Position numbers and translations under genes: made by a program. Shown piece by piece: positions 1-12,273 of a stretch of 64,000 nucleotides of DNA. Under the pieces are notes generated by a model that saw nothing but the letters and a program-made list of their open reading frames with translations, did no database searches and was not told the DNA's origin. Within the stretch, counting starts at the first letter, position 1; every line of letters begins with the position of its first letter. This stretch comes from Syncephalis fuscata S228 (Eukaryota; Fungi; Zoopagomycota), in assembly GCA_025786725.1 (NCBI GenBank), contig JAHLTZ010000011.1, positions 684,693 through 748,692 of the forward strand, given 5' to 3'.

Positions 1-528
1 TTCCATAAGTTCAGTATATGCTTTGCTTGCTATATATCATGGTTAGTCTATTAGTATAAGCATGCCTAGTCCCGGTACTACATACCGCTCTGCTGTATGG
101 CGTCATACAGTAGTGCTAGCGGTGTCGTTTTACCTTGTGGGCAGCTGCTAGTATGCTAGGATGAATATATGCTATCAAGTATACTATGTCCTTTTTCTCT
201 TTCTCTTCCTCATCCTTTCCTCTATACCTTTCATTGTTCACCGTGCTAGCAATAGTGTGTTTAGCTATGGTAGTAGCATATAGTAGCACTCTGTACTGGC
301 CATACAGCAGTGCCATTGTATGCACTGCCTGTAAACACCTGCCAGCACGATGTTGCATTGGCAGCTCTTCTTCTCTTTCCCTTTCCCTTTTAACAAACCA
401 CTTACCGGTCCTTCTTTATGATACACTGATTATGCAATGGTAAGTAACTAACTTAAATCAGTCACTAACTCTGCATATAATACTTTAGATTTACAAGCCA
501 TCAAGTATCAAGTTCAAGACAATGGCGA

Positions 529-1578
529 TTAGTGTGTTAGCGGCCGGCTACCAAGCAATATAACAATTAATGTTATATTGATGACTTTAGATTTGTTTAC
601 TAACTTACTAACCTGTATTGATAATTACATATTTATATCATAAATAAAAATCACCAAATTGTTTTAGTGTGCTAGCGGCCGGCTACACAACATTACAACA
701 TACTAACTTTATATGTATTGTTTTAGATTTTAGATACCGGATACTAACACTAACATTTATTGATTATTATAGATTTTAGATAGCCGGGCACCGACACGTA
801 CACAACAACAAGATAAACACAGGTACGCCTTTCATGTGCATATCAATAGCACCATTGGCACGCTTTCATTAATTTTTAACATATTTATTTTAGCACTATT
901 TATAACATCAATACCAATAACATCATTAACACTAAACACTAACAACATTATTAATATCAGCATCATTAACAGCACTAACATCAACATTATCAACAACAAC
1001 AACAGCGATAACATCATCAACAACATTTAATATATTTATTTTAATAACATTAGCAACACAAATTACTACATTAACATCAACTATATTAATTACAACATTA
1101 TTAACATCAACAGCAACATTAACATTAACATCAATATTGACACCAATACCAGTAACAGCATCGACAACAACAACAATAGCATCAATACCAACATCATTAA
1201 CTTTATTATCAACATTAGTAACAATAACAGCAGTATCAATAACATTAATAACATATACAAACAGCCTACCAAGTTCAAGTATCAAACACAGCCGTCATCA
1301 CGTACTTTGATCATAACATGATCTTGAGTACCATATCCTTTTATTTCTCATTCAACTCGCACTGTCTTTATTTATATATTTGCGCTAACAATATAACAAT
1401 GCTTTTAGATTTTAGATAGCCGGCCACGGACGCAACGTAAATATTATTATTATTAATAGCCGGCCGCTAGCACACTAAAACCAAATACAAAATATCAATT
1501 CAGGACAATTGTCTACTAACGTACTAACATTGTATTTATTATTTTAGATTTGTAGGTAGCCGGCCGCTAACACACTAA
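529..1578. repeat. Two nested perfect inverted-repeat pairs (outer 529-552/1555-1578, 24 bp; inner 661-685/1457-1481, 25 bp)
   Basis: TTAGTGTGTTAGCGGCCGGCTACC is the exact reverse complement of GGTAGCCGGCCGCTAACACACTAA; GTTTTAGTGTGCTAGCGGCCGGCTA is the exact reverse complement of TAGCCGGCCGCTAGCACACTAAAAC. Partial TAGCCGG copies at ~781 and ~1417. Confidence 0.9.
836..1310 (+). pseudogene. Degenerate Thr/Ser-rich low-complexity coding-like tract
   Basis: One + frame is almost all NCA/NTA codons (TLTTLLISASLTALTSTLSTTTT...). No clean gene model. Confidence 0.35.
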
Positions 1579-2398
1579 CACGCCACTTTAAATAAGTAAG
1601 TAATGTGATACAACAGCTGTAACAGTATCCATCATATAAAGTATGTGGTGGTATACCATCACAACAATATCAACAAATAAGTACTTGATGATGCACATTA
1701 AAATTAAAGTTATATTGGATCAATTTAATAATATATTATTTATGACCAATTAATAACTTATTATGCTTTGATATTACCAAAAATATCAGAGCAAACCATT
1801 AAATAAAAGCAACTACTACTAAATAAGTAGATGCAAAGGTTTATACTTTTACACTTTTTAACCAACAACAATATGATCAATATACTTTATTGCATTTAAT
1901 AAAGTGACATTAAAGTTTAAAATAGCCATTATTGTAGATTCATTATTCAATATGCATATATCCTCTATTCACCTATATCATTAACAATATATGTCTATAC
2001 TATTATACATCATTCTATTATATGCTAGACGCATTCTATTGCTATATGCTGTAAGTACATATAACTTGCTAAATGAATGAAGTAAATGAGTTGAAATTTA
2101 TTAATAATAGCTCTAGAATTAAACAGACAACTGCAACAGCTAGCGCATATTTACTAGACAATAAAATGATATGCAATATAAAGAATATACGGTGTACAAT
2201 GATAGTTAGCTATTTTAAAGTTATTGAGTATGTATGCATGAGCAATGAATGGAATTAGTCGACATTTATGAATAATAAAGCTAGAATAAAAATAAAAACA
2301 GTTTTGGATAGAAAAAACTATATGAGCATAAAATAATATAGAATAGAATGAATATATAATGAAAAGGATACAATAAGTGAAGTGAGCTTATGTCATTG

Positions 2399-2640
2399 GC
2401 TAAGCATTATGTGTCAGCATTTGCGCTAAGCATTATGTGCAGCATTTGCGCTAAGCATTATGTGCCAGCATTTGCGCTAAGCATTATGTGCCAGCATTTG
2501 CGCTAAGCATTATGTGCCAGCATTTGCGCTAAGCATTATGTGCCAGCATTTGCGCTAAGCATTATGTGCCAGCATTTGTGCTAAGCATTATGTGCCAGCA
2601 TTTGCGCTAAGCATTATGTGTCAGCATTTGCGCTAAGCAT
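2399..2640. repeat. Minisatellite, 26-bp unit GCTAAGCATTATGTGCCAGCATTTGC x ~9.3
   Basis: Head-to-tail copies with few substitutions and no spacers. Confidence 0.95.
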
Positions 2641-4181
2641 TTTTCATGCAACTAATTACATATCCGTTTTATTAAACATGAAACTGAATGCTGAATAGTA
2701 TCATTTATTAAAATACTTATTATTATATATTCATTATCTAGTACGCATATATCATCATTACAATACTATGTTATTACTGTTTACACTGTTTTATTTCTAA
2801 TTTTCTTCTCTATTTGCATGCTCATTAATCCATCATGTTTCTATTTTGCTTGAACTTGCTATTACTGTGGATATCCATTGAACTGCTCTACTAGCATCAA
2901 AGTCATAGCCAATTTGTATTAACTGATTTGTTTATCAAATAATTACACGTTACATATATGCATGAGCAAGTAAAAAAAATAATTTAGAAATTATTAGTAA
3001 CCAAGTTATTATTAAACAAATAATAGTTTTAAATAACTTATTGATACTATACAATAGGCTGATATAAAGTAGAATAAATGCACAATAGACAAGTATAAAT
3101 AGCGCTGTTGAAACTATAACACATATAATGCGATAAGTGGACTGAATGAAGTATATTGGAACATATAATAAATAGAATGTGTTTAGTATAGCATAGAATG
3201 ATACATAGTAGTGTGGAGCATATTACGAATGATATAAGTAAATTGTGGATATATGCATACTGAATAATGAATTTACGATTATGATTATTTTGGACCCTGA
3301 TGTTACTCACCACCCATCATCATGTTCAATAGATTAGATGCTATTAGATATTAGTCATTTGATTACCAAATAAACATTAAATGACTAATAGCATAAAATC
3401 AAGTATAATTATAGAATATGTCATCAGTAAAACAATAGCTGTAATAAGAAGAATAGATAACAAACAGTAAAGGCAAGTATATTTATAGAACAATGTCATC
3501 AGTAAAATAAGAAGAATGAACATCAATACATAAACAAATGTCATTATCATAGAACATAATATTATAATTGACAACCAAACTTTTAAGCATTGGACTCAGT
3601 ATATAAACAACAGAGTTTATTGAATGTTAAATAAAATACTTATAAGCATATCTATTCTAAGCTACGCCTTTGTATAAAACACAATAACAGACATTCATTT
3701 CATATACAATTGATATAAATCGTTTGCATATCTTTGAGAAATTAGCAATTTTAAAATAAGAATGTTTGCACATTTTTTTAGATTTCACTTGCCATATTAT
3801 ATGGTGCAATAAATGTAATCTCTGGGGGATTTGAAGTTTAAGCCTTGTATCTTTTATTTTAAAAAAAGGATAGAAACGCAAGTAAAATAGCTTTATATAT
3901 ATTAATGGGCTTGGTATTAATGTTCGAATTCTTTGTTTTAATATCTGTATTCACTGATAGCTTGTCGAAAAGCATGGCGCTCCAATGGAGTCATCTAATG
4001 TTGTGTAACCCACATGGCTCCTGGATGCAGCACCCAAGGATATAAATGATTGCAGCAGTTCCGTCGATGCCTTTGTCTAGACCAACGCCATCTTATTCTA
4101 ATAGTCTCACACTGCTACTTTATTGTAAACCTTTCTATTAACACCGTAAATACTACAGTTATTACTGTCAACACCGTTACC

Positions 4182-4653
4182 ATGTATCGTTCTACACTTT
4201 TAATAGGCCTTGTTGTATTGGCTATGTCGGCAAGCCAGTTTATGCCTGTCGATGCTTTACCTGTACCTATTTCGCTAGCTAATCCTATACAGCGTCGTGG
4301 TAGGTTATTGGCATTAAAATAGCTACATTTTTATTAATATTTAATTTATATTAGCGGATCCTCCTCCTGCAAGGACTGAAACGGCCAGTTCTCCTACTCC
4401 TACTCCTAATATACCACCACCTTCCGATCCTGCTCCACCCAAGTCTACTGCTGGTGGTGGTAGCAGCAAAGGATCGACTAGCACGGCCGGCGAGTCAATA
4501 ACTGATAAAAATTCGAATAGAAGCTCAAGTAGTGGCTCAAGTTTCACCGAAAGTACGGGTAGTAGCCAGGCCAATAGTTCTTCCAGTTCAAGTACGTTTA
4601 GTTCACTGGAGAAAGGCGGTAGCGATAGCCAGGCAACCACCGGAAACCCCTAA
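4182..4653 (+). CDS. Small secreted Ser/Pro/Thr-rich protein, 138 aa (exons 4182-4299, 4355-4653)
   Basis: Signal peptide MYRSTLLIGLVVLAMSASQFMPVDA; GTAGGT...TTAG intron gives in-frame IQRR|ADPPPARTET...GNP*; TATAAA at ~4040. Confidence 0.8.
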
Positions 4654-5240
4654 AGTCTATAGTTGGCATGTTACCGATTAATATTTGTAACAATTGACAA
4701 TTCTTTCTATTTGAAAACGTGTTGCTTGTCGTCTATTTAAATCGTAATTATAATTAATAGATAGGTTGACTAGTAATAAACTACATCCATTGACCGTAAT
4801 ACTTTAATATATTTGCACACTAACCAAAGCTTATATTGGATTAATGAGATATTTGGCGATTAAGAATACAAGTTTTAATAAGCCAAGTATGATCAGAGTG
4901 AAATGAATGGCTAAAGTTATTGGACTAAAAATGTTGCAATTGAATATTAAAGGGCATATTAAATTGATAAAGAGCAATAAAAAAGATTAATTATCTATAA
5001 TAGAAGACTGATATTGTTTTTAAAGTAATAATTAGAGTTTTACATGGTTAGTCAGTGTATTTAAAAAAACATTCATATTTTTATAAGCTGCTCGTTTGCC
5101 TATACAATAAATTAAATCGTAATATTGCACATAGATTAGTGAAATAACTGTTTAAATTAAAAGATATAGCAGTAGTTAATACAACCTATTAATGTAAACC
5201 TGGTATAGTTGAATAAAATATTATGCATTAACATAATATT

Positions 5241-6471
5241 CTATGCTTTGGACTGAAGATATTGATAAAGTTTGTTAAACGCATAAATGGCTGCCTTAGT
5301 TAACCAGCGATAATTAGGTGAGTAGGCAACGCACTGTCTGTCTTGTTCCATATCCACACCAAGATAAACACGATGACGCTTGAGCTCAAGGACCGGGTCA
5401 GTTTCGGCATAAACAGAATTAGAACAATGCTCGTTTTCTTGATCTTGATGAGGATAGCACAAAACAGCCTTGTCATTCATTGCAGTAGAAATCCAGACTT
5501 CAGGGCCATAATGCTGATAATTAATTAATCTAGTGAAAAGCTGAGGTATGAGATCATTATAGTTTACAACACGAATGGAATTTGGAAGAAATCCGCCGGT
5601 CCTGTCATTGGCTGGTCGATATAGTTGTTGATTTGCCAATTTGGCAAACTCTGGATTACCAACGCGAGGTGCGCCAAATGTAACGAGTTGCTGTTCCATT
5701 TGCGGCATGGTATATCTAGCATCTAATGCAGCTAGGGTGGCAACAGCTATTAGAAAATAAAAAATTAGTATTGCTATTATTATTAATACATGTATGAATA
5801 CTTACCACCGCCTAAAGAATGGCCCAAAATGTAAGCGTATATTCAGGGTAGTCCTGCGCAGTATTTTTGACTGTTTCTGTAATATTGTCGCGAATAGAAT
5901 TGTAACAGCTAAGAAAGCCGGTGTGTACCATTGCATCTTTGTTTTCAAGCCATGATATACTTGTTTTTATAATACGAAGATCTTGGGCTCCTGCTGCAAC
6001 ATCAACTGTACCACGAAATGAAACAATAATACGGCGATGCTCATCATTGACGGCAACGTAGGCAAATGTACCGGTTCTATCATGATAAAATGTATCGATT
6101 AGCTTTGTACCAGCAGTCGCCCCTTCACATCGTAAACCACATTTCCATTCGGTAGGATCACAGCTAGATACAGATGCAAATTGGCCTAGCAATCTTACTT
6201 GCTCGATGGCAGAAGGTGGTAATCTAATTGGTTTGTTTATGGGCTCTAATTGGCTTTGGAATACAAGCTGGTTCGGCAGTACATTTGGAAGTACATTGTT
6301 TTGTGGTGCAGCCTTGACATTATTTAGTATAGATGGCACTGGACTAGTCGAGGATTTAGGAATTGAAAATGCAGAAGCTGATAAGCTAAACGTTGCTAAT
6401 AAAATATATTGGCAAAGCTATTGATATAGTCAGTTATTGCTATTGTTTTATATAGACATTATACCTACCAT
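5241..6471 (-). CDS. Secreted class-3 (Rhizomucor-type) lipase, copy 1; one 1-nt homopolymer frameshift at ~5827
   Basis: ATG-only exon 6469-6471; signal peptide LCQYILLATFSLSASA; SFRGT, VHTGF, GHSLGG (after restoring one T), TFGAPRVGN, NYNDLIP. Confidence 0.88.
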
Positions 6472-8080
6472 AATGGTAATAATTGTAGTGGTATGTTGTA
6501 AACAGTTGTTGTTAATTTGATTAAATACTTATGATATGCAATTAAATGTTGTTTCTGGCGATGAATAATAAATACTAATGCCGTTTTATTAATAATGCTA
6601 CTTAAATAGGCTGTAAGTTTCGTAGCTTCGGGATAGCTCTTAAGCTTGTAGCGAATAAACGATGCATAATAATAGACATTTATTTGCTTAAACAGCCTGT
6701 TTTACAAGGATATGACTGTACAATCTAGGCCTACGTAGACCATATGTTCGTCAATACAATGCTTCGTTGAACAGTTAATTGGTATGTAAAAATAGACAAT
6801 AAGAATAGCAGCCTATTATATCTTAAGCTGATATGACTATTCCTCACATTTACTTGTGCCTTTAACCTGTTAATCGCCTTAGCTAATTGAAAATGCATTT
6901 TATACCAAACCATCCGGTTATGAGTAACCAGTCATGGATATTGTACTAAAGCTTTTAAACGAGCAATTTGCAAATGTTCATATAAACTGTTTAGATACAA
7001 ACAAATACGTTAAAGGTAAGCCAAGTAATAGTCATCCAATTATGCATAGTTCTATTATTTAAAATAAAGCGTGAAACAGCCTGTACAACCTCGATTTTTC
7101 CACCTAAAGCTATAACCAACTGACGTAGGTTTATTGCATTAATATAATTTGCTACATAATAAGAAATCAGCCTATTATGTGCTTAAAATTAGACAGATTG
7201 GAATAGTCCAGGGAATACTATTATCCAACATAGGCTTATACGGGGATAGTAGAATTAAGGCAATTCTAAACGATGTTCAAGGCCAAGGCGATTCAGTGGT
7301 TGGCTAATTCTATTGGCCTTTATAACCTAAATCGCCTAAATGTGTGCTTTATACAAACGTTGAATTAAATAGAATTCATTCAAACACTCTACTTCTGGTA
7401 TGCTGTATTATTAATAACAAAATTGCAGCCATTGAATACGCTTTGTGAGATAATAGAAAATCTACTAAGCTTAAGACTGATGCTTTTTTGCAAGAATACT
7501 TGTACAACCTGAGAATGACATCTTTCATTTGAACCTACGATACTACTGGTCAGTTGCACTTAAATATCTTGTGTATCAACAAATTGGCCTGTCACAAATC
7601 GACTATAACCTTAGCAATTATGGTTAAGTAAATAGCAACTTTGCGTATTCACATCAATTCATAGCCATGATTATTAGCAAAATGGATATGTAGATTTTGG
7701 TGAACGAATCATTATACACTAGAACGACTGTGGCTAATAATAAACACACATGTATATTGCATAATGCGTGAATATTCAAAAAAGTTCCATTTTGTCAGTC
7801 ATGTGCCCAAACTTGTACAACCTGTATTACTGCATCCCCGTAAGACTTGTTAGACAAACCAATAATTGCTCGGTCTTTCAATTCTTAATATAACAAATAT
7901 TGTAGTTCCATTACATTATGGGGGTTGTATATTTAAATACCACGGTCGTCGGGCAAACGCACCTGTTCTTTACCCACTACCGTAAACAACTACCTTTTTC
8001 AATATTGCCAACATCTCTTCATTATACCCGTACTTCGTCTAATATTTATTCTCACACGCTAATATTTTATTTTAAACATA

Positions 8081-9338
8081 ATGGTAATATTAATGTGCGA
8101 ATAACAGTAGCAGTTGGCTAACTATTTTAACAGTTTTACCGACACATCTTATTAGTTCTTTTGGGCCTATCGACTTTTTCGCATGCAGTTCCTAGTAATA
8201 TTGCTGCACCAGTGCAAGATGCACACGACAATGTTAATACACCAACACAAAGCACAGCGCCATTAGGCAGCTCGTTAAGCGAGCCTATGGTCCAAACCTC
8301 GCCACTATATTCTAAAACAACCACTTCTCTGCCATCATACGTTATTGAAGAGGTGCGGACACTGGCTCAATTTGCTTCGGTGTCTGGCTGCGATCCAACT
8401 GGATGGGCATGTGGGCCACAATGTCAAGGCAGAACTGCTGGTACCCGTTACATTGCGTCTTTTTACGATCCGGCCACAAGTGCGTATGTATATATTGCTG
8501 TCAATGACCTGTATCGCCGTATTATTGTTTCTTTCCGCAACACAGTCAATCTTGCGTCAGTGTTGCAAGATCTTCGTATTCACCAAATAAGTGTGGGTTG
8601 GCTCAATAATCCAAAAGTCAGGGTACATACTGGTTTTCTCACTTGCTACAATGTTCTCCGCGATAATGTTAACCGAGTAGTCAGTGACATTGTGCGAACT
8701 TATCCTCAGTACACGCTTACATTCTTGGGTCATTCTTTAGGTGGTGGTAAGTATTTATTTATACTTGTTTTAATAATAGCAACAATACTAATTTAATGCT
8801 TTTATATTCAGGTATTGCCACGTTAGCTGCATTAGATGCTAGCTTTACAATGCCGCACATGGAACAACAACTTGTTACATTTGGTGCACCTCGCGTTGGT
8901 AATCCAGAGTTTGCCAAATTGGCAAACCAGCAATTATATCGACCAGCCAATGAAAGAACCGGCGGATTCCTTCCAACATCAGTTCGCGTTGTAAACACTA
9001 ATGACGTTGTGCATCAGCTGCCTCCTCTTTGGTTAGGCTATCAGCATCATGGTGCTGAGGTGTGGGTCCCCACTAATAATAATGATTTCGCCGTTCTTTG
9101 CCATCCCTCTGCTGACAAGGAGAATTTCAGCTGCGCCAACTCAATTTTAATATCCTTCTTTCAATTTGATCGTCACTCTATTTTCCTTGGAGTGACTGTT
9201 GGATACAATAGAATGTGCGTTGCGCCATCCCCCACCTTCTCTGTTCTACAGCCACAGAAGGAAGTTAAAACACTTAATGCGGCCATTAACACAATTACTG
9301 CCTTAAGAAATCCAGTCGATATGGCTCAGGTTATGTAG
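8081..9338 (+). CDS. Secreted class-3 lipase, copy 2, intact (exons 8081-8083, 8134-8746, 8812-9338)
   Basis: VHTGF, GHSLGG|G, TFGAPRVGN, VNTNDVV, YQHHGAEVW; canonical introns. Confidence 0.93.
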
Positions 9339-10639
9339 TGTATAATTTGCCATAGATCTTAATAAATATATATAATTAATGCCCAATTTGTTAATCATTT
9401 ATTTATAAATTAACAAAGCAATTGCTATAGATAATAAGTATATATTATTAAACAATGAAAAAAGTTGTGTATAGAACTACATAAATGGTGTAACGCTATT
9501 TGCAATTTTTTAATCGGGACCCAAATCAAATACAATATAATATACATTTGGAAACACAATGAAAAATTGTGGCCATGTTGTACACGAGTTTTTCGAAACA
9601 AAAAGTTGATTACACATTTTTTTCATTAGCAGTGCATGAATTACTTATAGAGTGGATATAATAAAAGGCTGCATTTAAAGTAAATTAGAACGTTTATGCT
9701 ACTATACTAGCTCAGGCGTATTGCCTGGAATTGCTAAATTTGGTAATATTTAATTATAATATTAAAGCTGCTTTAAACTGGCTTGGCCTTGAACACGTTA
9801 CAATTCCCGAACTTCATATCGCCGCTTAAACATACGCTGCTCGACAATGCTTTCAAAGTGACACAGTTCAATGATTACTGTTTCAACTCATGCTTTGTGA
9901 TATGCAGATGAGTTTGGTGCCGGTTCAGCTGTATAACTGTTCCCAGTTTTACAAAGGACCACGATCAAATACAATCAAATACAACAATGACTTACTGCCA
10001 TGTGTTTAATCACAATGCCATTATACAGAAATAATAGCGAGCATGCGTTCTGTTAATGAAGAGACAGCTATGAATGATCTGAACTATTCTCATGCACAAA
10101 AATGGATCGGCGACCATAATCTAATACTCCCCACAGTTATGAACAAGCAAATATCTTGTGCCCATCACAATTTTTGCCTAATTAAGATAAGCTATAGCTT
10201 ATAATATACATACAAGAGTATAACTGCGACAATCTAAGATATGTGTAAGCAACCATGCGCACAGCTATTTCTACACATTACTGGTTGCCGAATAAACATT
10301 GACCTCTCTGATCATGTGTCTTCATTTCTATGGATTGTACAACAATATCCTCAGAAAACCGGTTACTCCGCAAAATGCATAGTTTCAAATGTTGATGCTT
10401 GTCTACAGATACCTTATGCTAAATAATGACCAGTCCATTTATGTCATAGCCTATTTAAACAAAAGTGTTTTTTTATTCAATAGTTGCATCTATTAATCAC
10501 CGCCAAAGCTAACATCTATACAAATCTTAAAAGCATTTCGTCGCCTCAATACTTTCAACATTTTATTTAATTGCCGCCTATTCCCAATTACACTTTCTAT
10601 TTAACAACTCTACAACGTATCACTGCAAGTATTACAATC

Positions 10640-11891
10640 ATGGTAGGCCTAATTCTTATACACAGCAACAAATAACAGCAATAACTAATTATATCAATAG
10701 CTTTGTCAATTACTTTTATTGGCAATGCTTAGCGTATCCGCTTCTGCACTTTCAGTTCCCGAGTTTAAGACTATTCCGGTGCCATCTATACCAGATGCTC
10801 TTAACGTTATACCACCAAACAATGTACTACCGAATATTTTGCGAATCCGCCCTTATTAGGAAACCAAGCTGATATACTGCCCCTACCAACTATACTACCA
10901 TCTTCTGCCATTGAAGAAATAAGAATACTGGGACAATTTGCATCTGTATCTAGTTGTGATCCAACTGAATGGCAGTGTGGCTCACGCTGTGAAAGTGCAA
11001 CTGCTGGCACCAATTTGGTAAAGAATTTTACGACCCAGTTACTGGTGCATATGCCTATGTTGCTGTCAACGAACGCTATCAGCGTATTATCATCGCTTTC
11101 CGTGGTACGGTTAATTTTGAGGGACTAGTGCAAGATATTCGCATTTTCCAAACACCTGTCGGCTGGCTCGACAATAAAAATGTTAAAGTGCACATTGGTT
11201 TTCTCAGCTGCTACAACGCCCTTCGCAATGATGTCGCTCAAGAAGTTCAAAAATTTATACAAGCCTATCCTCAGTACACGCTTACATTCTTGGGCCATTC
11301 TTTAGGCGGTGGTAAGTATTCATACATGTATTAATAATAATACAATACTAATTTTTATTTTCTAATAGCTGTTGCCACCCTAGCTGCATTAGATGCTAGA
11401 TATACCATGCCGCAAATGGAACAGCAACTCGTTACATTTGGCGCACCTCGCGTTGGTAATCCAGAGTTTGCCAAATTGGCAAATCAACAACTATATCGAC
11501 CAGCCAATGACAGGACCGGTGGATTTCTTCCAACATCGATTCGTGTTGTACATTATAAAGATCTCGTACCTCATTTGCCATTTAGCTGGATGGGCTATCA
11601 GCAACACGGCCCTGAAGTGTGGATACCTATGTATGATGTCATGGATGCTTTTTATGTAATCCTTACCAAGGCCAAGAAAGTCGTCTATGTGCTAATGCTC
11701 GTCTGCCGTATCTTGACTTTTATCTTCATAGCAACTTCTTTGGTATAACCGTTGGCTATAGCGAACAATGCATCGCTCCATCACGTAAAATATTTAGATT
11801 GACGCTTGATCCAGCGCTTAAGAGACTCAACGAAACCGTCTTCTCAGCTGCCTATCTGCTGCACCAACGCGTTATTCATCATATTATTTAG
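10640..11891 (+). CDS. Secreted class-3 lipase, copy 3; three 1-nt homopolymer frameshifts (~10838, ~11027, ~11651)
   Basis: Same exon structure as copies 1 and 2; AFRGT, VHIGF, GHSLGG, TFGAPRVGN, HYKDLVPHLP. Confidence 0.85.
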
Positions 11892-12273
11892 TGTGACCTG
11901 TGACTTATATATATTATATTAATAAACATATTGTTAAATTAATATTTGCTTAAATTGTTGGTATTAATAAATCATATTGTATTAAATGGCCCAGTTAACA
12001 CTTTAAATATCATACCTTGCCAATCAAACTGATTTACTAGATTAATTCGGTTAAACATTTTATATAAGGCGATTTACATCGTTATAAATCAACTTGCTTC
12101 AAATTCATCACGTGTATTTTATTTTTCATCAAATTTGTGGCGATTTTGTTTCTTTCGGCTCCTACCAACACGATTACTGCTACTTGTCATTTCGTACTAT
12201 CTACTAAGCATATTTAGCACGGATTCTTGCACCTGGCCCCTTAGTGTTTCGCTCCTTATGTCCCAATGTCAAA

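Noticed and set aside
1333-1342. ATATCCTTTT, a second U12-like donor
   Set aside because: Not within a supportable gene and no matching branch site or acceptor context.
2399-2640. CRISPR-like array
   Set aside because: Units are contiguous with no unique spacers, the context is eukaryotic, and there are no cas genes.
3047-3881. Hydrophobic short ORFs
   Set aside because: AT-rich compositional ORFs with no motifs or gene structure.
10640-11891. Lipase 3 (and lipase 1) as pseudogenes
   Set aside because: All lesions are homopolymer single-base losses; there are no independent nonsense codons and the catalytic motifs are intact.
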